From IMG/VR virus record IMGVR_UViG_3300047552_000359, positions 1-63,417 of that record: DNA of 63,417 nt, one strand, 5' to 3'. Under the pieces are notes generated by a model. That model was not told the DNA's origin and did not search any database. It saw only the letters and a program-made list of their open reading frames with translations. Positions 17,245-25,794 of the stretch are shown here, in pieces. Numbering within the stretch: position 1 is the first letter of the stretch; the number at the start of each line of letters is the position of its first letter. The translations under genes and the position numbers were made by a program. This stretch comes from a virus. Lineage: Duplodnaviria > Caudoviricetes.

Positions 17245-19163
17245 TTGATGCAGACCTTTAACTTAGCTCACTTGAAGTTAGAGTAGCAGCTTTCTTATCT
17301 CAAGATAAGGTGTTGCTAAGAGAATTACATGCAGGTTTGGATATGCATCAATACAATGCAGAAGAGTTCTTTAAGAATAGTGATGCAGAAACACGCCAAA
17401 TTGCAAAAGTTTTTTCATTTAGGATTAGTAATATAGTCCCTTCAAGTAGAAATACTTGTCGAAAATCTGGTTAATTCAGTGGAACTCCTTAAAGGACAAT
17501 ACTGAGCCAAGCAAAAGCATTAGTAAAGATTTTCTCTTTCTGGCCGATTATATAACTATAAGTTATTATCTTAGGAGGTATATAATGAAAAGAGAAAATT
17601 ACATTAGGGCTATTAGATTGTGCGCTTGCGGAGAAGAATTTATCCCTACAGGACAAAACCAAAAGTACTGTACTAAAGACTGTCAGAAAGAGTATAACTT
17701 ATTTAAAACAAAAATGTCTATAGTAAAGCACTTAATTAAAAAGGGTGTTCATGTTGGAGTAGGTAAAGGAGGTAGGGTTGGTAGTGGTAAAAATAATCCT
17801 GCATACAAACATGGATATGGTATTTGTCTAAGTAAGCGTAGGGAAACTAAAGATAAGATTAGATTCTGTAGGGATTGTGGTAAGGATTTAATAGATGCAA
17901 CTCATTATCAGTGGGTTATACATCATATAGACCACAATAAATATAATAATCCCGAAGACGGCTCTAATTGGACTTTACTTTGTAAGCGATGTCATCAAAT
18001 AGAACATAAATGTTGGAATGCTTTTGAAGGTGCAACGACTAGCTTAATCCGCTTACCTAATGGTAGGTTTGCGAGAGATGAGCGTAGCTCCCAAGAGGGT
18101 AGCGAAATGCCAGATACCTTAACTGTCACCACAGAAGGTAAAGATATAGTCTGAGCTTACAGGTAACTGTAAGAGAGATTACGGACTCGGTAATCTCGTA
18201 ACATAACTGTATTTATGGAGGAACAGCGTACGCATTTTTTATGGATGATGCTATGCCTAAATTCTCTTTAAAGAGATGGGAAAACATTGTACAATCTTTT
18301 TATGATAAGTATCATGATCTGAAACTATGGCAAGATAGAAATTATGCTTTGGTATGTAAGCAGGGATTCTTAGTTAATCCTACAGGAAGAATACTTACAT
18401 TTCATAAGCATAAAGAAAAAGGAGGAATACAGATTTACAATAGGGCTGAGGTATGTAATTATCCCGTTAGTAATAGCGGCTTCAGTAAGTAATTACTGTC
18501 GAATAACTGTGTGAATTCAGGGGAAGCCTAAGTCAAAAGATAAGGTAACCCTGAGCCAAGTTCTAAAGATTAGCAAATAATAATATTACAGAACTTCCTG
18601 TAGGTTTTGTTGTTCATCATTTAGATGGTAATAGAGCTAATAACGCAAGTAGTAATTTAATTATGCTTCGTATTAGTGACCACCTAAAACTACATGCTTT
18701 CTTTAGAAAAGGTGCAACGACTATCTCGAAAGAGAGTACCCCTCAAGAGAGTGGGGAAGCGCACAGCGACCATAGATGCATTTGTGAAACTTTCTATGGT
18801 TGATGATATAGTCTGGCCTATATGGAAACATATAGAGTCTTTACGGAATCGGTAAAGGCGTAACATTAGCGGCAATCACTTGCAACTGCGGATATAGTAC
18901 CTTTAGCTATGGTAGTTATTCACAGAAGATTAATAAAGGAGGGTTTATATGATTACGTGAAAATAATAAACCAAGTACATGATAGTATTATTTTAGATTC
19001 ACCTACAGAATATATTGACAAAGCCTGCAGATTAGTTTATGATGTGTTTAATGAATTACCTAAACTAATATCTAATTACTTTGGCTTTGAATACAATGTA
19101 CCTATGACGGGTGAATGTAAGTATGGGGATAATTGGAACAGCATGGTTAAATGGAAACCATAA
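17238..19163 (+). CDS. polA: Family A DNA polymerase, C-terminal catalytic part (exons 17238-17425, 18210-18467, 18872-19163; in-frame TAA at 17259)
   Basis: AAGGAGG RBS + GTG; motif A DADL*LSSLEVR; motif B RQIAKVFSFRI/IYGG and NYPV/QS restored by splicing; motif C QVHDS. Confidence 0.88.
17426..18209 (+). mobile_element. Group I intron 1 in DNA polymerase (carries an HNH gene)
   Basis: Exon ends in U with P1 GGAU/GUCC; core elements AATTCAGTGGAA, CTGAGCCAAG, GGTGCAACGACTA, AAGATATAGTC; terminal G; splicing restores FRIIYGG. Confidence 0.88.
17585..18154 (+). CDS. Intron-encoded HNH homing endonuclease
   Basis: AGGAGG RBS; CRDC...HHIDHNKYNN...LLCKRCH; N-terminal Cys cluster. Confidence 0.88.
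   Translation: MKRENYIRAIRLCACGEEFIPTGQNQKYCTKDCQKEYNLFKTKMSIVKHLIKKGVHVGVGKGGRVGSGKNNPAYKHGYGICLSKRRETKDKIRFCRDCGKDLIDATHYQWVIHHIDHNKYNNPEDGSNWTLLCKRCHQIEHKCWNAFEGATTSLIRLPNGRFARDERSSQEGSEMPDTLTVTTEGKDIV
18468..18871 (+). mobile_element. Group I intron 2 in DNA polymerase (degenerate HNH)
   Basis: P1 CCGU/GCGG; GAATTCAGGGGAA, CTGAGCCAAG, GGTGCAACGACTA, GATATAGTC; splicing restores NYPVQSLATAD. Confidence 0.87.
18567..18803 (+). pseudogene. 5'-truncated HNH endonuclease remnant
   Basis: LPVGFVVHHLDGNRANNASSNLIML...H..LH, with no ATG/GTG upstream in frame. Confidence 0.75.
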
Positions 19164-19172
19164 GGAGAATAC

Positions 19173-19760
19173 ATGGCTAACAAAGCTGTAGTAAAAGACC
19201 TGAAATTGAATATTAATAAGACGTTCAAAAGTGGTAAGTCATTTGATGGGGATGAAATTACATTCCAGACTGAGAAGAATCAGAGGAAGACTGAATTTAT
19301 TTTTGCTAGGTCACCTATGCACAAGGTAGTTCAGGGTATTTCTGTTGGAGATACTATTGAAGTATCTTATGAAAAGAATGGAGAATATTTTAATCTCTCA
19401 AACATCACTTTAGTAGAGAAAGGTAGTGGTGTAGTTTCTCCACCACAAAGTAGTGCATATAGCAAACCTAGTGGTGGATATGCAGAGCCTCCTGAAAAAC
19501 AAGCCTCTATTCAAAGACAGAATGCACTTACTAACGCAACGACGCTTGTTACAGCAGCACTAGAGCAAGGCTCTTATAAGAAAGCTACTCCATCTGCTAT
19601 TCTGGTAGATGAAGTACTTAAGATTGCAGAGCAATTCACAGCATTTAATTCAGGAGATTTACAGAAAACTACAGTACTGGATACATCTAGTGTTATTGTA
19701 GGAGGCCGAGAGGAAGATGATGTCCCTTTTGATGTAGATGGTGATGAATTTGGGGCGTAG
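19173..19760 (+). CDS. Putative single-stranded DNA-binding protein
   Basis: OB-like N-terminus, acidic tail EEDDVPF...DEFGA, located directly after the polymerase. Confidence 0.6.
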   Translation: MANKAVVKDLKLNINKTFKSGKSFDGDEITFQTEKNQRKTEFIFARSPMHKVVQGISVGDTIEVSYEKNGEYFNLSNITLVEKGSGVVSPPQSSAYSKPSGGYAEPPEKQASIQRQNALTNATTLVTAALEQGSYKKATPSAILVDEVLKIAEQFTAFNSGDLQKTTVLDTSSVIVGGREEDDVPFDVDGDEFGA

Positions 19761-20216
19761 AGTATACTGCTATCTAGTAGAGTGTAAGTATAGTTCTACC
19801 CAATCTGTTAATTTATCATCAGAACGTCCATTCTGTTTGCTGAATAACCATGAAACAGATTCTATAGAACTAGATGAAATAGCTCAGTGTATTACCTTTG
19901 AGCCTATAGAACATTAACCCATAGTGCTAGGCATCACTCTAAACTGCCTAAAGGATTGATATGTGTAGAACATTGAATTGTAAGTTTAATCACAAGGGTG
20001 TTTGTACTAATCCAACATTTGAAACAGAAGACCCAATTCCATGTGGGGCGGATAATAACTAATGAGTATTATATCCGCGGCAAATGTAATTGAAGATACT
20101 AATGCACTTATATTAGAATGTTGTGATGATGCTTTATCTGGTGAGTATGATATATTAGAATTAAAAGATTTTCTATATGATATTAAATCACATGCAGACA
20201 CTATAAGGAAGCATAT

Positions 20217-21107
20217 ATGAAATTAACTAATCGCCACAATCTCCCAGAATCCGTTTATAATCTATTATCTAAGGATAGGTATGTCGGAGGAAATAACACA
20301 GACTACAGCGTAACTACGCTCCTACAACCACCAAGAATAACACAACTCAAGAGACGACATTGGGATAAACTAGAAGAAGATGTAATGGATAATGTGTGGT
20401 CTTTGTTTGGGTCTGTTGCTCACTCCCTATTAGAGGAACATGGTAGTGATAATGCTTTAAGTGAAGAGAGGGTGTATGCTAATATACTTGATAGAAATAT
20501 ATCAGGTCAAGTAGATTCTTATCACTTAGATATAATCACAGACTATAAAGTTACCTCTGCTTGGACTTTAGTATATAAGTCTAGGCTTAAGGAGTGGGAA
20601 GAGCAATTAAATATGTATGCATACTTGTTTAAATACAATGGGCATACTGTAAAAGAATTGCGTATTTGTGCTATACTTAGGGATTGGGATAAGAATACTG
20701 CAAAGCGAGATAAGAATTATCCTCAGACTCCTATCGTAATGATTCCTATTCCCCTCTGGACTATGGAAGAGCAGGAGTGTTTTATTTATGGTAGAGTAGT
20801 TATGCACAAAGATGCAGAACTTATGACTGATTTGAGTCTACCTCCTTGTTCTGAAGAAGATATGTGGTGCCAACCAACTAAATTTGCTCTTATGAAGAAA
20901 GATGGAAAACGGGCTATTAAGTTACATGATACTACAGAAGAGGCTGAATTACACTTAGAGCAAATAGACCCATGTAAAATGAATAGGGATATTTATGAAG
21001 TAAGAGTAAGGCAAGGAAAGCGTACAAGGTGTGAAGGATACTGCTCAGTATGTAGTTTCTGTAACATATATCAGGCTTATTTGAGGGAGCAAGAATGCGA
21101 TGTGTAG
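20217..21107 (+). CDS. PD-(D/E)XK / Cas4-like exonuclease
   Basis: FGSVAH, GQVD...DYK, QLNMY, C-terminal RCxxYCxxxxFC. Confidence 0.85.
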   Translation: MKLTNRHNLPESVYNLLSKDRYVGGNNTDYSVTTLLQPPRITQLKRRHWDKLEEDVMDNVWSLFGSVAHSLLEEHGSDNALSEERVYANILDRNISGQVDSYHLDIITDYKVTSAWTLVYKSRLKEWEEQLNMYAYLFKYNGHTVKELRICAILRDWDKNTAKRDKNYPQTPIVMIPIPLWTMEEQECFIYGRVVMHKDAELMTDLSLPPCSEEDMWCQPTKFALMKKDGKRAIKLHDTTEEAELHLEQIDPCKMNRDIYEVRVRQGKRTRCEGYCSVCSFCNIYQAYLREQECDV

Positions 21108-21292
21108 CGGTTGAGTGTAAGTATTTCAGTGAAGATTCCTGTACTTTGTCCGATATTATAATAAAGCCTTTGACCATGCCTAGTGAAGAAGGTAGAGAAG
21201 TTATCATTGCCTTTGTGTGTGGTGAAGGCACTTCGGATTTATATAGGGAGATTGAAAATGACACATATAGGGAGCAACTGCAATTACTATAA
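21095..21292 (+). CDS. Small Cys-rich protein
   Basis: CVAVECKY...C...C. Confidence 0.55.
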   Translation: MRCVAVECKYFSEDSCTLSDIIIKPLTMPSEEGREVIIAFVCGEGTSDLYREIENDTYREQLQLL

Positions 21293-21524
21293 AACACTAG
21301 CCAATGGCTACCAACAGAAATATATGGGCAAGAAGAATGGTAAAGAGATATGGAAGTATGTACATAGACTAAAAGTAGGAGCTAAGGATGGTGAGATAGT
21401 TCATCACAAAAATGGTAATAAGGCTGACCAAAGTGCAGATAATTTAAGCCGTGTCTCTAGTAGAGGTAGACATAATACTATAGATGAGGCACTGCACAAT
21501 GGTGGGAGGGGGAAAGGAAAATAG
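21258..21524 (+). CDS. Free-standing HNH endonuclease
   Basis: YVHRL...VHHKNGNKAD...NL. Confidence 0.8.
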   Translation: MTHIGSNCNYYKTLANGYQQKYMGKKNGKEIWKYVHRLKVGAKDGEIVHHKNGNKADQSADNLSRVSSRGRHNTIDEALHNGGRGKGK

Positions 21525-21689
21525 TGACTATACTTGGGGATAAGGCTTTTCTTGTAGCACTAAACCCCCTGCTCCTAGATATTATAAATAAGAATTTATC
21601 TAGGAAGCAAAAATACTATTTACGTAATAAACATAAACTATCAGATACTAAAAAAGAAGAAGTAGGAATCCTAATTAAAGGGGAGATAA

Positions 21690-22094
21690 GTGCTAAAGCC
21701 ACAAGGGAAAAAGCTAAGAAGCTCTTACGAAGAACTAATAAGAGACGACCTTGATGCTAAAAACATAAAATACGAATATGAAAAACTCAAACTAACTTAT
21801 GTCAAAGAACGATGTTCACATTGTGGACACCCCTCAAAGCAAGGAATCTATACCCCAGACTTCGTCATTGGAAACATTATTGTGGAGTGCAAGGGAAGAT
21901 TCGAATCATCAGACAGAACTAAGATGCTTAATGTCCAAAGAGACAATAAGGAAATTAGCATACGTCTATTATTTCAAAGGGATAATAAACTAAATAAGAC
22001 AAGCAAGAGAACCTACACACAATGGGCTAAAGCACATAATTTTATTTGTGCTGTAGGTAATGCTGTGCCTGAGGAGTGGCTACGTGAAGCCTAA
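21690..22094 (+). CDS. T7 gp3-like endonuclease I / Holliday junction resolvase
   Basis: RSSYE, YEYE, YTPDF, ECKG, YTQWA, PEEWL. Confidence 0.9.
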   Translation: MLKPQGKKLRSSYEELIRDDLDAKNIKYEYEKLKLTYVKERCSHCGHPSKQGIYTPDFVIGNIIVECKGRFESSDRTKMLNVQRDNKEISIRLLFQRDNKLNKTSKRTYTQWAKAHNFICAVGNAVPEEWLREA

Positions 22095-22333
22095 ACGATG
22101 TCCAAAATGCAGTTATTGGATGGATGAAGATTCTAAAGAACGATGGTGTAATGAGTGTGATTATACAGAATCCATTATACCGAAATCAAAGTGGTGGGAG
22201 GTTGATGAATGATTAGACGAAGTATACATACTATAATGGATGTTATGTTGAATTTAAGTTTATGTTTTGCATTAATAGCATTTGGTTTGGCTATGTTTAA
22301 AATTGCTAAATCATTTGTGGTATCAGGTATATA

Positions 22334-23851
22334 ATGAAAACACATGCTATCATACCAGATTGTCAAGTTAAAGAGGGAGTACCTATAGACCACCTGCTTT
22401 GGGCAGGTTCTTATATAGCAAGCAAACACCCTGATGTTATTGTTAATTTAGGTGATTTTGCTGACATGCCTTCCCTCTCTTCCTATGATGTAGGCAAGAA
22501 GTCATTTGAAGGTAGGAGATATACTAAGGATATAGATGCAGCGCATAAAGCAATGCAATTATTCCTATCCCCTATTAGACAAGAACAAGCTAGGTTAAAA
22601 AGGAACAAAGAAAAGAGTTGGAATCCTAGGATGATTATGGTATTAGGTAATCATGAAAATAGGATAAATAAAGCTATTAATAATGACTCTAAACTAGAAG
22701 GATTAATTTCCGTAAAGGATTTAGGTTATGAAGATTATGGGTGGGAGGTCATTCCTTATCTTGAGCCAATTGTCGTGGATGGGGTCGCTTATTGTTTAGA
22801 AGAGAATCATAAGGTATTAACAAAAGACTTGCAATATGTGAAACTTAAAAATATACAAGTCGGGGATGAATTATTAGCATTTGAAGAAGACAATCAAGAG
22901 TCTAATTGCGGTAGAAAGTATAAAACAAGTATTGTTACAAAAAAGCGAATAACTCCTGCAGCAGTTTATAAGGTAGTATTATCTAATGGTAAAGTATTTA
23001 CAGTAACAAGTGACCATAGATGGCTAGTTAGAAATACTAGAGGGGGTACTGGATGGAAACACACCCATGAACTTAAGCCATCTGACATAATACCTCGTTA
23101 CTTTGATGAGTGGGAAACTGTAAATACAAAGGATGCAGGATACTTAGCAGGAATATTTGATGGAGAGGGGTATATATCTAAACCTAATACTAAACAAGGG
23201 GGCATACAAATAGGATTTGGTCAAAATGATGGATTAGTTTTAAACAAGAGTTTAGATATAATTAAAAAATTAAATTTTAAAACATTAGAGTATTATAGTA
23301 GAGATTGCAGACAAATTAAAATAGGAGGTACTTCCGCGGATAAAATTAAATTTTTAGGTAGTATTAGACCTATTAGACTTATTGAAAAGTTTAAGCCAGA
23401 AATGTTAGGTCGTATGCAGACTATTGAAAATTCCTATGTAGCATCCGTTACGTATCAAGAAGAAGCAGCTAATATAGTAGAAATAGAAACTACTACATCT
23501 ACATTAATTGTAGATGGGTATGCTCACCACAATTGCCATTACTTTGTCTCAGGGGTATTGGGACGGGCTGTTACTTCCGCTAGGATGCTTCTTACTAAGC
23601 ACCATATGTCTTGTGTTGCTGGTCACCAACAAGGTAGGGACATAGCCTACAGCCAACGTGCAGATGGTAAAAGGATGACAGGCATTATTAGTGGTTCCTT
23701 TTATCAGCACGACGAGGAGTATTTAACAGCACAAAATAACGAGCATTGGCGTGGCATATGGTTTGCCCACGAAGTATCTGACGGTGCATTTGATGAGATG
23801 CCTTTGAGTATGGAATATCTTAAATCTAAATATACAAGGAGTGTAAATTAA
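22334..23851 (+). CDS. Metallophosphoesterase containing an intein
   Basis: IPDCQ, NLGDFAD, LGNHE, GHQQ; interrupted at GVAY/CHYF. Confidence 0.88.
   Translation: MKTHAIIPDCQVKEGVPIDHLLWAGSYIASKHPDVIVNLGDFADMPSLSSYDVGKKSFEGRRYTKDIDAAHKAMQLFLSPIRQEQARLKRNKEKSWNPRMIMVLGNHENRINKAINNDSKLEGLISVKDLGYEDYGWEVIPYLEPIVVDGVAYCLEENHKVLTKDLQYVKLKNIQVGDELLAFEEDNQESNCGRKYKTSIVTKKRITPAAVYKVVLSNGKVFTVTSDHRWLVRNTRGGTGWKHTHELKPSDIIPRYFDEWETVNTKDAGYLAGIFDGEGYISKPNTKQGGIQIGFGQNDGLVLNKSLDIIKKLNFKTLEYYSRDCRQIKIGGTSADKIKFLGSIRPIRLIEKFKPEMLGRMQTIENSYVASVTYQEEAANIVEIETTTSTLIVDGYAHHNCHYFVSGVLGRAVTSARMLLTKHHMSCVAGHQQGRDIAYSQRADGKRMTGIISGSFYQHDEEYLTAQNNEHWRGIWFAHEVSDGAFDEMPLSMEYLKSKYTRSVN
22793..23533 (+). mobile_element. 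Intein with a LAGLIDADG-type endonuclease domain (247 aa)
   Basis: N-terminal CLEE, block B TSDHRW, YLAGIFDGEG, C-terminal HHN followed by Cys +1. Confidence 0.92.
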
Positions 23852-24074
23852 TGGAACTTACATTTGAAGAGTATGTAGATAGATTTGCACAAGAAGCAGG
23901 CTATAAGGATTCCTGTGATATGGCAAATAATGAAATGGAGTATGCCTTAATTTTTAAAGCACTTAAATTTAATTATGAAGTTGGAGATGACATCACAAAA
24001 ATATAATAACAAGGAGTGCCCTATGAAATTAAATACCACACTTTACTTTAAATGTTTAATACGCCTAATGGGGG

Positions 24075-24371
24075 ATGGTTATTGTGAATTCAAACGAATC
24101 AAAGACGGGATTGAGAGATGGGAGCAAGATAACAGCGGTAGACGGCTTCTCTCAGAAATTAAATAAATTAATAGATGCCCATTGGAGCTACATAGAAGCA
24201 CTACTGATAACGCATGGTCAGGATGACCAGACAATAAAAGAAATAGGTTTCCACTACCGCACAGCATTTAGGCATGGATATAAACATGCTAAAGAAGAGT
24301 CTGTTATGTATAATTACTCTGCTGTACCTTTATATCTTAAGCCGTATGGTACAATAAAGTGGGAGAAATAA
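24075..24371 (+). CDS. Hypothetical protein
   Basis: 98-aa ORF in the operon. Confidence 0.55.
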   Translation: MVIVNSNESKTGLRDGSKITAVDGFSQKLNKLIDAHWSYIEALLITHGQDDQTIKEIGFHYRTAFRHGYKHAKEESVMYNYSAVPLYLKPYGTIKWEK

Positions 24372-24602
24372 ATGACTGAGTTAATGAAACTAAAAGATGA
24401 TTTGGATGTGTGTTATATATTATCCTGTGCTGCTTATGGTAAGGAGTTTGTAGATGCTCAGTTGCATGAGCCTTGTGAGGATGATGCTGAACTCCAGTAT
24501 GCCATAGAAGAGACTAGGAATATACTAACACCTATAATTAAGGATGAGCCATCTACAGATGGTCTTGCAGAAGGATTGTGGAAAGAGGATACTAATTGTT
24601 AA
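24372..24602 (+). CDS. Hypothetical protein
   Basis: GGAG RBS; abuts neighbouring genes. Confidence 0.6.
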   Translation: MTELMKLKDDLDVCYILSCAAYGKEFVDAQLHEPCEDDAELQYAIEETRNILTPIIKDEPSTDGLAEGLWKEDTNC

Positions 24603-25024
24603 TTAAAATAAAGAAGCTTAAAGAAGGAATTAAGTTACCAGAGTACAAAACAGCGGGTAGCGCAGGTATGGATTTATATACACCTGAAGAGTTTGTATTA
24701 GAGCCGGGGCAGATTCTTAAAGTGCCTCTTGGTTTCTCTGTAGAAGTGCCAGAAGGCTACGAAATGCAGATTAGGTCTAGGTCTTCTATGGCTGCTGCAG
24801 GTGTAACCGTAGCTAACCAGCCCGGTACTATTGATTCAGATTATAGGGGTGAGGTTGCTGTACTTCTACTTAATCTACAACCTAATCACGTAGTATTTCC
24901 CAAGGGAGAGCGTATTGCTCAGGCAATAGTAGCTCCTTATATTAGAGTAGAGTGGGATGAATCATTAATACTCACAGACACTATACGTGGGGAGGGTGGC
25001 TTTGGAAGTACAGGAAGTAATTAA
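24596..25024 (+). CDS. dut: Trimeric dUTPase
   Basis: AGMDL, RSS, GTIDSDYRGE, RIAQ, RGEGGFGSTG. Confidence 0.97.
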   Translation: MLIKIKKLKEGIKLPEYKTAGSAGMDLYTPEEFVLEPGQILKVPLGFSVEVPEGYEMQIRSRSSMAAAGVTVANQPGTIDSDYRGEVAVLLLNLQPNHVVFPKGERIAQAIVAPYIRVEWDESLILTDTIRGEGGFGSTGSN

Positions 25025-25134
25025 AACTATAAAAGCCATATGTCCTATGTGTAATAGAAAGTATACGATAAATGCTTCTCATTTAGGTAATATAAGTTGT
25101 GGTAATTGTGGGAATTGGAGGTTAATAAGAGATA

Positions 25135-25794
25135 ATGGCAATAATAGCCAGTGATTTTCATGGTAACTACAAGAAGCTAAGATTATTCCTAGAATATAAA
25201 CCTGAGGAAGAACACATCTATTTAGGAGATATACTAGACTCCTTCGCAGAAAGTCCAACTAGCCAGCTTAAGTGCTTAAATACTTTATTAGAATCTGATA
25301 CTAAATTAGTGTGGGGCAATCATGAACTGCACTACAGAAAGAAAGCACCATTTTCCTGCTCAGGTTTACAATATGAGCAGCGTCCTATCTTTCAGGAAGT
25401 ATTAGAGGCTAATAAACATAGATTTAGTAATGCTGTCTTTGTTGATGGGTATGTATGCACTCATGCAGGTTTAGCAAATAAATTTGTTAAGTGCACAGAC
25501 CCGAAGAAAGAAGTAAGCTTATTAAATCAAACAAAGAAAGTAAAAGACTACATCTATAATATTGGATATAGTCGAGGTGGTTGGGATACTAAGGGTGGTA
25601 TTTTTTGGTATGACCACATTAGAGAAGAAGGATTATCTACACAATACAATCAAGTATTTGGGCACACAGCTAGTGAAAGGCCAGTAGAGTATGTGGGAGA
25701 TTCTTATCACCACGTGTGCATAAATACTTGGGATACTCAGGATGATGTGTATGTATTTGATACTGAGGTAAAGGAGATTAAAAAGATTGGATAA
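25135..25794 (+). CDS. Metallophosphoesterase
   Basis: SDFHG, LGDILD, GNHE, THAG, FGHT. Confidence 0.9.
   Translation: MAIIASDFHGNYKKLRLFLEYKPEEEHIYLGDILDSFAESPTSQLKCLNTLLESDTKLVWGNHELHYRKKAPFSCSGLQYEQRPIFQEVLEANKHRFSNAVFVDGYVCTHAGLANKFVKCTDPKKEVSLLNQTKKVKDYIYNIGYSRGGWDTKGGIFWYDHIREEGLSTQYNQVFGHTASERPVEYVGDSYHHVCINTWDTQDDVYVFDTEVKEIKKIG

Noticed and set aside
20217-21107. Cas4 as part of a CRISPR system
   Set aside because: It is a stand-alone Cas4-like nuclease in the replication module, with no array or other cas genes.
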